A stretch of 63,877 nt of DNA, filler included, from Olpidium bornovanus S191 (taxonomy: Eukaryota; Fungi; Olpidiomycota), in NCBI GenBank assembly GCA_017911155.1. It is 26 parts of 26 records of this genome, joined end to end, with 100 filler letters (N's around TTAATTAATTAA, not from the genome) between each part and the next. Parts side by side here need not be neighbours in the genome. Positions count along the whole stretch, not along the records: positions 1 to 4,226 come from JAEFCI010007161.1; positions 4,327 to 6,939 come from JAEFCI010003214.1; positions 7,040 to 9,838 come from JAEFCI010010554.1; positions 9,939 to 11,100 come from JAEFCI010008560.1; 22 more parts are not named here. One strand, 5' to 3'. Positions 1-10,450 of the stretch are shown in pieces. The stretch's first letter is position 1; the number at the start of each line of letters is the position of its first letter. A model generated the notes under the pieces. The model saw only the letters and a list, made by a program, of their open reading frames with translations. It searched no databases and was not told where the DNA came from. A program made the position numbers and the translations under genes.

Positions 1-48
1 CATGCGGCGCACGCCAGCGGCTTCGCTCTCACGGCCTAGATCAGACAT
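1..48 (-). CDS. Probable gag N-terminus (MSDLGRESEAAGVRRM...), cut by the contig start
   Basis: ATG about 40 nt after the PBS; the frame is open to the window edge. Confidence 0.45.
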   Translation of the reverse strand, partial: MSDLGRESEAAGVRRM

Positions 49-86
49 TTCGAACTGTTTTCCTTCCAATACGCGTCTTGGGGCCC

Positions 87-104
87 TCCTGCCCGGGAGC
101 GCCA
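87..104 (-). promoter_or_regulatory. Primer-binding site TGGCGCTCCCGGGCAGGA
   Basis: 18 nt complementary to a tRNA 3' end (...TCCTGCCCGGGAGCG-CCA, G73, Arg-like acceptor). It lies 2 nt downstream of the LTR end. Confidence 0.75.
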
Positions 105-106
105 GC

Positions 107-595
107 TGTTGGGAAAATAAAAGGCAGGAGAAAGGGTTCGGGCAGGTGCAGGGCTTCTGTCCCAAGTAGGCTCAGTTACGAAGATCTCAATCTCCTCGGG
201 GCCTCTTCTTATTCACTCCTTACTCGTATGTGGCGAGACGTAGAGCAAGTTCTCGGAATGACAGGGGAGGGAAGGCTAATGTTGAGCGGCTAAGTGCGAG
301 AATAAAGGACGTGGGGAGGGTTCTTCGTAGCACGAGGACGACGATGGACGACGGGACTTGTTGCGTTCAGGAGATCGAGGGGGAAAAAGGAAAGAGGAAA
401 CTAGAAGACGTCAGAATGGAGTCGAAAGCCAGAGGGTCTATATATGCAGTGTGACGTGTCCGCTATGTAGTGGCTCCCCGCCCGTAATCTGTGGCTGCTA
501 GATGCACTGAATTGGCAGCACCCCACGTGTCTCCCTTCAGGCTACCTTCCCGCGTAACCGTTGGCGTCCCGTCCGTCTCTTCTGGCATCTTGACA
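107..595 (-). mobile_element. 5' LTR (about 489 bp) of an LTR retrotransposon, minus strand
   Basis: On the minus strand it reads TGTCAAGA...TTTCCCAACA (TG..CA), with TATATA near 439-446 and a pyrimidine-rich R/U5. It is followed after 2 nt by a PBS and an open ATG frame. Confidence 0.8.
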
Positions 596-681
596 CGGTA
601 AATTGGCACTTCGGCGCGATAAATTGGCACCTCGGATTCAGTCGCGTGACGTCACCTAAAAGTTCGATTTTTCTACTTCAG

Positions 682-980
682 CGCACCGCGCGCCGCCATC
701 GCCGCGCGCCGCCGCCGCCGCCACCGCTGCGCGCCCACCGCCGCGCAGAAGAGAAGGAGCACCGCCGCCGCCGCGCGCGCAGAAAGAGAGCTGCCGCGCA
801 ACCGCTGCGCGCCACCTCCGCGCCACCGCCGCGCACCCACCGCCGCGCCACCGCCGCGCAGAAGAGAAGCACCGCCGCCATCGCCGCGCGCCGCCATCGC
901 CGCGCGCGCAGAATTAAGGAGCAGAAGGAGCACCGCCGCCATCGCCGCGCGCGCAGAAAAGGAGCAGAAGAGGAGCGCCA
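682..980 (+). repeat. Degenerate 35-40 bp tandem repeat (CACCGCCGCCATCGCCGCGCGCGCAGAA..GGAG)
   Basis: About 7 imperfect units between the LTR and the copia gag; a duplicated TAAATTGGCAC at 599-609 and 620-630 lies just upstream. Confidence 0.8.
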
Positions 981-1151
981 CCCGTTAGCGCCCCGCCACC
1001 GCGCCGCGTCGAGAGGAACCCGCAAACCATAGGCGAGGGTCAAGACCAGCAGCAGTGCGCGAGGACAGGCTCAGAAGAAGCCGCCGTCGCTCGTGGAAAG
1101 GGCCAAGCGGCCGACGAGGCCGTTGGGAACCCCTCGCGTACCGCCCACGGC

Positions 1152-3101
1152 GTGTCAACGGCCGGGCAGGCGCAGCAGCGCCCCGGCGTTGCCCCAAGAC
1201 CGGGACCAGCTCAGACGGCTCCCGGGACGGTCAGACCTGCCCAACGGGACCCCAAGGATGCCAAGAAGGTCGAGAGAACTGCCCGCACAGCCGGCGAGAG
1301 ACCCCCTGCCGGGGGTGCTGATCAGCATGTTCGCTCCGCAGCACCGTATGACCCGGCAACCATGACAGCGGTGCAATCCGGCCTGCCAGGAGCAAAAACA
1401 ATGCAAGCGACGCGCTTCCTGCAAGGGACAAGCGCGGTAAGCCCCTCACAGCCGCCGGTAACCTCAGCAGCGTTAACAGGACTGCTGGAAGGCCAGGGGA
1501 CGGTACCCGGAAGGTACCCTGGCTGGGAGACGAAAAGCACTACGTCAAAGCACTCGTTGCTCTCGAGACGTTCCGCAGCCGTTGCCCAACGGCAAGAAGA
1601 ACGCCGCCAATGACAAGAACTTGAAGACCTTCGTATCAGGCTCCAACGAGCTGAGGAAGACAAGCGGCGTGCTCAGGAGGACACAGAGCGCGAACGCCGG
1701 AAGGCCGAAGAAGCCGAGAGAGACATCGACGAAGTCCTTGAGGAGGTGTGCGACAAGAGTGATGATGATGATGCTCTCAGCAACAAAGAGATCGGTCTGA
1801 ATGATTCCATTTCCATCGCCCAACGTCGCCAACAAGCAGAGGACGCGGAAGAGCGCGAACGCAGCCTTTACTTCGATGCACAGCTGCAAGCGACGCCAGC
1901 TCGATCGGCACGCATGGCTCGTATGCATGCGCATGTGCCGGTGCCAGCGGACGGATTGCTGGGTCAAAAACCCGACTTAACGGCAGACCCGACGGCTCCG
2001 GGGGCTCTCGTCCCAACTCCATCAATGGAGTTGAGTGCAAGACCCTCCTCGCTCACGGGAATCGTCAAGACGCTGTTCAGCAAGGTCCCTACGCTCGGCA
2101 GCGCGAAGGGGCAGGGGACAATCACATCAACGGTTTTCGACGAATGGGCGACCAAGTTAGAGTCAGCACTCGAAGTTGGACATCTCGATGATGCAGCCGC
2201 ATTGCAACTCGCGGCCAGCATGCTAGCAGGACCGGCATTTGCTGTATGGGAAGCGAACCGCAAAAGATTTTACCTACCGATCTTCTGGCCGCTGGCGCAC
2301 CTACATGGAACTCAAGACCGCGTTATACGCCAATTTTTCCTGACTGAGCACCGGGAGGCTGTCCGCGCGAAGCTCATCAGGTTCGCAACATCGAATAAGA
2401 TTAACAATCTTGAGAAGTTCATCATGGATTTCCTGGAGCTTTACTACCAGCTCCCAGCACCTCGCGACGACACAACGTGGTCAACTCTGTTTCTCGAAGC
2501 ACTCCCAGACGAGAGGAAGAAGTACGTGCTTTTTCTCCTCCCCCAACATGAACTCGGAAACCTGTGGAAGATCATCGAAGCAGTTTGCAGAGGAGATCGA
2601 ATTCTCGGATCAGGATCATCCTCGACGTCATCAACGCGTTCCCCAGTAGGAGGAGCTGGGAATGTGGGAGCAGAACCGAACGAGCGCACACACATGCGCA
2701 CACGAAACGGCTGGGTCCCGTTATCGCAGGTAACCTGCAATTACTGCGAGAAAAGGGGACATATCACGAAGGTTTGCCGGAAGAAACAGCGAGATAAGCA
2801 GGGAGCCGGCACTGGAGGAAATCAACGTGGTCGCCGTGGCGGTCGTGGCGCACGAGAAGGTGTCAGCCCCAGGGACGGCAACCGCCACCGAGGCGGTCGC
2901 AATGCAGGTGGGGGCAGCGGCGCCGCCAATGCCGGCAATGACAACGAGAACAATGCCAACGCCAGAGGAAATAACGGCAATGGCAATGCGCAGCAAGTTC
3001 AGCAGGCAGGCGCCGCCGGTGCCGGCAATGCCCCTCTCATCGTCGCCGCACTCGCAGTGGCCACACCGCCGCTCACTGACGTCGACCAAGAGTCAACATG
3101 A
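1152..3101 (+). pseudogene. Retrotransposon gag with coiled coil, capsid-like domain and CCHC zinc knuckle; one internal TGA
   Basis: ORFs 1152-1613 and 1746-3101 share one frame, separated only by TGA at 1611-1613. Motifs: CNYCEKRGHITKVC (CX2CX4HX4C) and FDEWATKLE..AASMLAGPAFAVWE..FIMDFLELYYQL..LFLEALP. Confidence 0.85.
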
Positions 3102-4226
3102 AATTCATGTAATATGAGTTCAAGTCTCATTTATCTATAATTACCAACGAGGATCATGGACTACCCACGGTCCAACCATTGGTTAACCACCCTGAACAGC
3201 TGAGTCGTGAGATTGGGGGTAGTAAGGACTACCCCCCGCTGGGATGTACTGTTCCTCGATGCTATCACGTGCACAATCTGCCTGATGGCAAGGATACTCA
3301 CAATCCTTCAATTACGGCGCAGATTCTCCATTTGGACGACGATCAGATCAGATACCTCAAATCTCTCTACCGTGCTGAGATCGCACATGCGTACCTAGTC
3401 CGCACCCACTCGTCCGGCAGCTACACGCGCAGTCATCGACACGGGCGCTACAAACCACTTCATCCCGTTTGCAGGATGGTTCGATGATGGCCGAACCGAA
3501 ACTAGATCCATTTGGACGGCAAATTCCGCGAAGCCAATACCACGCACGACTCTGTACCGGTTGCGTGCATGACTGGAATTCGGTTACACCTCCAGAACGC
3601 CATCCATGCTCCCGATTTTCGGATGCCACTTCTATCTGTATCGACGGCCACCAAGTATGGCCTACGCTTCCATTTTGATGCAAAGACCGCGGAAATATGG
3701 AAGGGGAATCAGCTCATCGCGACCGGCTGGGCTGGACCGGATGGACTCTACTACTTCAATGGAACGCCAGTCCATGTGCGTAATCGGTCGCCGACACTCA
3801 ACTCCATCGACGGAGTCGACTCGATCGCACTCGCTGCAGCCATGAGGCGCATTTCCGATATTCAGAAATGGCATGAGCGCATGGGACATCTTGGCTCTCG
3901 CAACCTCAGACTTTTGCAAAAGCAGGCAACGGGCAAGATTGTCGATGCAAACTTTCACACCGCGTGCGACGACCCACTCTGTGAGGCTTGTCAGCTGGGC
4001 AAGCAGACGAGGAAACCGCACCTGTCTTCGACAACGGTGTATAAACGCGGTGAAATTGCTCACATCGACCTCATCGGACCGTTTCCGATCAGCCTGGCGG
4101 GAAACAAATACGTCATGATGGTCATCGATGACGGCTCGTGACGACTCGCAGCCTACTTCCTCCCGACAAAGGAGGATGATGGTACCTCAGCCGCTGTCAC
4201 CGACTACATCACATTCTCGGAGCGGG
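3098..4226 (+). pseudogene. Ty1/copia pol: aspartic protease, GAG-pre-integrase and integrase core (truncated, disrupted)
   Basis: VIDTGATNHF (protease, in a shifted frame about 3430-3530), LQNAIHAPDF..LLSVS, WHERMGHL..CEACQLGK, HIDLIGPF..VIDDGS*RL (TGA at 4139). Protease followed directly by integrase is the copia domain order. Confidence 0.92.
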
Positions 4227-4326
4227 NNNNNNNNNNNNNNNNNNNNNNNNNNNNNNNNNNNNNNNNNNNNTTAATTAATTAANNNNNNNNNNNNNNNNNN
4301 NNNNNNNNNNNNNNNNNNNNNNNNNN
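4227..4326. other. Artificial contig spacer (first of 25)
   Basis: N44+TTAATTAATTAA+N44. The other 24 spacers (100 nt each) start at 6940, 9839, 11101, 12550, 15634, 18391, 20593, 22888, 25075, 28966, 32767, 35348, 37960, 39429, 41114, 43107, 46172, 47379, 51338, 55588, 58144, 59343, 61316, 62766. ORFs ending in X...LIN run into these. Confidence 0.99.
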
Positions 4327-4443
4327 AAAAAAAAAAAAAAACGGAAGAAAACGGAAAAAAAAAACCCCCCACCCCATCCCATACATCCTGCGAACTGAAC
4401 GAGAAAAGAAGAAAAGGGGGAGGGGCAAAAAAAAAACCAGAGA

Positions 4444-5608
4444 ATGACTACCCTTGGACAGCAGCTCGAAGTGGGTCGCCTCCAGCCCCCGCGTGCTGCG
4501 GTTGTTTGCACGCGCGCGCGCGGTCTGACGCCGCCCCCCCGTGCTCGGCGACGGCAGTTTTGTTCACAGCGCGCGCATTCTTTCTGCCCGTTACAAAACA
4601 AAAAAAATTGTTGCAGGCCGCGTCGACAAATTACCAGAAGATCCAGAAGGGTGCGCCCCCCCAGCGTTTTCGCCTTCTTTTGCGGCGGACGGGAATAAAC
4701 CTCCCAGAGAAGGAAAGGAAGACGTGTAGGGGATAACCGAGACCGCGGCTTTTATTTCTGGCCGCAGACCTGGCGAAAGTCGTCGAATCACGGCAACAGC
4801 TGGATTCCCAGCTTCAAGAGAACGAGTTCGTGAAGAAGGTCCGGGAGACTGGGGGAAACAATAAAAAAGAAAGGGGCTTTACGTTTGTTCCGAAGCCCGC
4901 ACTTTAATCCAGACCTGGGTGAGAGGGGGGGGGGTGGATGGGGGGAATTGTTTCTTTAAGCTAAAGCGGACCGTGAATCTGTCCCTGCAGGAGTTCGGCA
5001 ACCTCGCTCATGACGCCAACGTGTACAAGTTGGTCGGCCCGGTGCTGGTGAAGCAAGATAAGCCGGAGGCGGCGTCAAACGTGGACAAGAGGATCGACTA
5101 CATCACGGCTGAAATGTTGAGATTCTTTCCGTTTGCACCCCGGCCACTTTTCGCCCATCTTCTCTCCCCTTTTTCGCCCGCTCTCGTACCACAAAAACGA
5201 ATAGAAGGGCTTACCAGGTAACATAAATATATTTATGCTCCGCAAAACTTTTGCAGAAAGCGTGTCGAAGGCCAGCTTAAAGATCTCACGGACAAGTCCG
5301 AAAAGGCGAAGACTCAGGTGAATCGAAACACTTTGAATATGCGTTTTGGAGCAGGTGTTCCACGCCTATTTTTTTTCCTTTTTTTGCCCGCGCGGAATAT
5401 TTTTGCTAGCTCGCGCTGCTAAAACCGGAAAAAATTAACCCCCTTCCCCCCACCGGTTTCCTAGGTGGTCAAGCTACAGGTGGGTTATCCGGAAGGTTTG
5501 TCATGCCTTGTGTTGCCGCCGTTGGGACCTCCGGTTGCTCTGAACTGTTTGCGTTTCTCCAAGGCAACGTACCAAAGAGGATTACAGCAACAGCAAAGTG
5601 CCAATTAG
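4444..5608 (+). CDS. PFD6: Prefoldin subunit 6 (YKE2-like), about 7 exons
   Basis: Spliced reading MTTLGQQLE/AASTNYQKIQK/DLAKVVESRQQLDSQLQENEFVKK/EFGNLAHDANVYKLVGPVLVKQD..RIDYITAEI/KRVEGQLK../VVKLQ/ATYQRGLQQQQSAN*; GT-AG introns. Confidence 0.93.
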
Positions 5609-6402
5609 TGACGAAGAAAATTCGCCGCGACCCTTGGTCACCCAAATACGTAAACGACTCTGTCTCCCTCTTGCCCAGGGTAAAAGGTGGTGCGGAGTTT
5701 GTCCCGGAATCTCCGCGGTTGTGGGAGCCCGACTGGGTGCTTCCTAGGTTTGTCTGTTGTATTTAGGGTCTCGAGAGGGCCCCACGTGTGGTACAACCCG
5801 CCCACTTCCCGTATGATACCTGCATCGGACACCGCTGGTTGCCCACTTCACAAATTGCTGTGTACAGCAGTACGTATGGATCGAAACCAGCGGCCTGTCC
5901 GCCAAATTGAAAACATCACACCAGAGGACGTATCCCCAGCAGCCAGTCACTTGCCTCCGTCAGCAAAAAGATATTTGGCCTTCTCCGGAAAGATGCTCTA
6001 CCACTGAGCTATCCGCGTTTCGCACCAGGTGTCTGGCTCACCACAAAAGCCGTATTCAACAGCAGCAACTGGTGCGTCGGCGAGCGTTTGCTCACGGACC
6101 TCTTTCTCCAATTCCAAGATGCGCACTCTGGCCTGCAGCAGCTCTGCTGCCTCGTTGGAGATAGACGTCGCCGGCGCCGACATCATGGTGGCAGTTGCGC
6201 GCGTAAAACCTTTTGACGACGGTGCGGCGGAGGGGTTTGACGGCGGAATTACGTGTGGGGCGCCGGTGATTTGGCTGTCGCTTTGCGGGTCACGTGGCCC
6301 GCTGTCCTCAATGTTGCCGGGGGCAGCTCACCGCCCGCACACATCCGCCCTCGGTGTACTGCGCTGGTGACTGTTGCGGGTTTATTGTGTTTTGTTTTGT
6401 TT

Positions 6403-6939
6403 TTATTGATTTTTCACGATTTCAGATTTCACCCATGCAGAAAAGAAAATTGAAAGCTTCAACGACTTAATCGTATCAGGCTTGTCACTGGCCTTTGGCT
6501 CGGTTGTGGCGGCCATTGGCTCGGTCGTTGCTTTTAGCTCAGTTGTAGAAGATGCAGCTGATGCTGCCGTAGTGGCAGCTGGGCTCAATCTGGATGTGCT
6601 GAGTGTTGCCTCACCCTGGCTGCTGCCGGGGGTTGCTGTTGCACGCTTTTTCCGGGGTTGCTCGTCCGGCCCACGAGTGCATTTTGCTGGTGTCGCGGAA
6701 GAGGAGGCCTCCGGCAGGCAAATGGCAGCAGGCGCATTCAAGGCTGTGTTGATTGGATGGCGGGTAATGTAAGAAGCAGCATTAAATCCGTCCGGAATCT
6801 GATCTGCAAGATGTTTGAGATTGAGGATCTTAGACACTTCCTGCTCTGTCTGCGCTGTGCGAGGATCAGGATTCTTTGTCAATGTTTGTGCATTCTTGAA
6901 AACCAAATCCGAAAAAGATTGAACTGGGCTGTGGCCATG
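6403..6939 (-). mobile_element. Ty1/copia pol fragment (integrase-to-RT linker), resembling plant Bianca-type elements
   Basis: DPRTAQTEQEVSKILNLKHLADQIPDGF..ITRHPINTALNAP..RGPDEQPRKKR resembles the remembered motif DPRT..ELEVQKIIHLQ.LANQLPDAF..VTKSHIPAANAP..GSKDK.PRKRK. Confidence 0.7.
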
Positions 6940-7039
6940 NNNNNNNNNNNNNNNNNNNNNNNNNNNNNNNNNNNNNNNNNNNNTTAATTAATTAANNNNN
7001 NNNNNNNNNNNNNNNNNNNNNNNNNNNNNNNNNNNNNNN

Positions 7040-7079
<40 letters not shown>

Positions 7080-7419
7080 CGAAGCAGCACCTCCGGCCCG
7101 TTTGCCGGCCGGACGTCGCGTTCCCTGAAAACCCGCGGCGGCCCCCGCCCCAGTCTTCACAGGGGAAGCGGCCCTGCTGTTTTTGTCCCCAAAAGTTTTT
7201 GACTTCCGTCGGCTCAGAATCGGAATTATCTGCATTATGGTCCCGTCGCCGTTTGCGGCGCTTTAAATCCTGCGCGTCGGTGCCGTGCTTTGACGCACCA
7301 AAATTACGCGGTAAAGCGGACGAACCCGTATAGCGCTCAAATATCCCTCGCTCTTCCTCCATTACAGATTTGTGGCGGGTCGCGTGATCTCAGCGTGGAG
7401 CTCCGTCTCGATCACTTCG

Positions 7420-7446
7420 TCTCTCTCTCTCTCTCTCTCTCTCTCT
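7420..7446 (+). repeat. (CT)n microsatellite
   Basis: Direct reading. Confidence 0.95.
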
Positions 7447-7899
7447 TCGCTCCTTGGTTTCGGCAGACTTTGTCGCTTGAGGTGTGGTGCCGCGTCTGTG
7501 TATTGTGGTCACGTGACCAATGCCCTCATAGATATTGACTCACCGCCAGCGGCAAGGGGAAACAATTAGAAAAGTACACATTTTCTCGACAAGATGATGG
7601 TACCTTACATCGATGTGTTTTGATCTCCTTGTCCGTCTTGACATCTGCCGCCAGTTCCGCTGCACCAATCAAAATCTGGAAGGGTGTCACCAGCAGATGG
7701 ATCGATAGTATTGAAAATTCGATCGCAGCCGTTGTGTCTCCTGCCGCCGGCAGCCAAGCTTAGCAAGACGATGTGGCTGCGCATTGCTGACGCGTGGACC
7801 TCCAGCAAATAGGTCGTCCACTGCATTGCGCGATGGGTCCCAAGGCTTAAGGCTCGGGTTTCCCGGCTGCCGGCCCCGTCTGAGCCACTGAACTTGCGG

Positions 7900-8600
7900 G
7901 TCGGCGAGCCTAAGACCCCCGAGTCCCGTCGTCCCATGCAACTACCGCCGCACATCAGCGACGCGCTGAATCGGGCAAGTAATGCGACCCACCAAGGCTG
8001 TGTCAGGTCTCGCCCCGTGGATTCCAGCCGGAGTAGCAAAAAACCTACGGCTTTTTTTTTGCGCAGCGTCTGGTTTCCGTCGGGGGCAGCTTCAAGGTGT
8101 TGTCAAAGTTTTCCATCGCTCCACATCCCCAATGGCATGTTTGGCAGGCTTTGCACCACGCGTACCCGCGCTTGGCGAACGGCTGCATTGAGGTGGCGAG
8201 TTTGATACATTGCGTGTGACCCATCTTGCTGGAGCGTTACCCTAATGCCGAGCACGAGGGTTAAATCGTTTCGAGGGGGCAGGTTCAAGGTGTTGTCAAA
8301 GTTTTCCATCGCTCCACATCCCAATGGCATGTTTGACAGGCTTCGCACCACGCGTACCCGCGCTTGGCGAAGAGCTGCATTGATGTGGTGAGTTTGACAC
8401 ATTGCGTGTGACCCATCTTGCTGGAGTGTTACCCTAATGCCGAGCACGAGGATTAAATCGTTTCGATCAGTCATTATGAAATTTGGACTCAAAAGTGGCT
8501 TCAATCTTAGCGACTAGTTCCTCTTCGGGGCCTGCAATAATGATGTCGTCAGACGTGAATGGCCATGGCGAGGCGAACCGTCATGATCATGACGGTGCCC
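7900..8600 (-). pseudogene. Degenerate copia reverse transcriptase (RVT_2)
   Basis: IHV[+t]DDIIIAG near 8545-8560 (YVDD motif with a 1-nt insertion), FESKF.MTD..LVLGIRV..DGS..Q..I, and LL.L.ST..D....LLARFSA. Confidence 0.8.
8082..8466. repeat. Tandem duplication, 2 x about 193 bp, inside the RT relic
   Basis: Copies at 8082-8274 and 8275-8466, roughly 90 percent identical by eye, with one indel. Confidence 0.95.
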
Positions 8601-9582
8601 CCGGCCACATTCTCTTCTCCTTTTGGCGAGTGCATAGCAACAACGTTTAGAGGGGAGTCAAATGAGTCCAATGATACAAAATATCAAACGAAAGCTCTCG
8701 ACGAGCGCTTTCCGGTGGTATCATCCGTTTGACGATCGGTGCCCATAGAGAAAGAAATATAGCGGCGCGGTCATTTTAGGGACTGCCCAGGGGTGACACC
8801 TGGCATACTCCGAGGCCTCGGTCCCCAGCGAAATCTCAACTAATCGGGGTGTAACATGGCTGGCGCCTGGACGACGTCCACGGGGATCCGCTACAAGTTA
8901 CAGAACAAGAATCGCCCAAGACCCCACGCACACGCTCGTCCAAACCGCTTGACAATAGCTGTCATACTCATCGAGAACGAGCAATTCGGGCACAAGCACT
9001 TTCGCTCTCTTTCTTTTGGTCATTCCAAAAGACGTCTTGGCGACTTCCGCAACATTCACTGTCCATATTTACGTTTGCAAAAGTTTCATGACCTGGCGTC
9101 GACGAGCTCGTCGAATGCCCATGTCTCGTTGGCTTCTCTGAGTACCAGCGCCTTGAATAATATGTCCAGGCCATGATATGTCACAGAAGGGTCGGAGAAT
9201 AGTGACATGCGGAACATGGGTGTCAGCAAGGCATTGCGCAATCGACCCTGGCCTCTCTTGGTATTCGCTGTGTCCGCTATCTGCTCCAGGCCTTTTTATA
9301 GTGGCGGTCCACTAATGATTCTACAGAGGGGCAACGGGGGGTGGTGCGTACAGCGCGTCCGCGCTTCGGCATCCCCCCTTTCTTCCCGCTTAATTTTCTG
9401 TGGGCCCCTCCCACCACTCCCCGCCCCCGCCCCGGCGCGTTCCTATTGGCCACAGGTCTGCACATATTACTTTCGCCTCGGCGCCGGCGCGGGCGTCCGC
9501 GGCCCCGCCCCGCCGTTCCGCCGGCGAGGCTACCTTCGCAGAACCCCTCCTTCCTCCGCCAAAAAGGGCCTCTCGCCTTCCT

Positions 9583-9635
<53 letters not shown>

Positions 9636-9959
9636 CCCCCCCCCCCCCCCCCCCGCCCCCGCCCCCCCCCCGCCCCCCCCCGCCGGCCCCCCGCCGCGCC
9701 GCCGAACACGGACTCGCCCTCGCCGAGCAAGCCGATTTTGGGCCTACCGACCGACTCGGCCTCCACCACGAGGGGACCCTCGATAGACGCGCCCGGCCGC
9801 TCCCTGGCCCGGCAGCGACGCCGACCCGGTCGATGACCNNNNNNNNNNNNNNNNNNNNNNNNNNNNNNNNNNNNNNNNNNNNTTAATTAATTAANNNNNN
9901 NNNNNNNNNNNNNNNNNNNNNNNNNNNNNNNNNNNNNNCATGCATATATATTTTCCAGT

Positions 9960-10450
9960 TTGCCGTACGGCTGCGGAATGTGTTACGTAGAGGTTCAGAA
10001 TTGCACGTTTTTGGTGGAAAGATATGCCGGTTCGCGGTACTCACGGTCTGATGCCGGCTTTTCGTCCGGGTTACATCGCTCGCTTTTGGGAACATTTCCC
10101 CGTCTTTCGGCGGAGATCCAATTTCTCGTTGGACCTGAGATGCGCATTCCGACGCGTGCCCATCCCAGTTTCCAGCGAAGATTCCAAAGACGGGCTGGAT
10201 GTTTTAGGGCATTAGTGGACGTTTTCAGAGAAACCCCCATGCCTCTTTTCCTTTTTTTTTCACGACTCTTTGCCACACGACTCGGGAATCTGTTTGTATG
10301 CTGTGTCTGCTTCTGAATATAAAGAGCGCTTACTGCGTCCATTTGGCGTATCTCGAGCCCAATGTCTGCCATTACCAGGTGGTCGAGACTAGTTGGATTT
10401 TGCTGCAAGCGTGATTTTTTCTCATGGTTGAATTGTAACGAGTGATCGTT
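9960..10450 (-). pseudogene. Highly degenerate copia RT fragment
   Basis: GLEIRQMDAVSAL (cf. DLEIHQMDVKTAF), SLKTSTNALKHPARLWN (cf. LKKSLYGLKQAARLWN), ILNLYV. Confidence 0.65.

Noticed and set aside
1611-4141. Programmed stop-codon readthrough at the internal TGA/TAG codons of the copia element
   Set aside because: No CARYYA-type context, and accompanying frameshifts indicate ordinary decay.
5191-5218. QKRIEGLTR in a PFD6 intron as a mutually exclusive exon resembling KRVEGQLK
   Set aside because: It has a GTAACA donor but no AG acceptor directly upstream, and the similarity is only about 5 residues.
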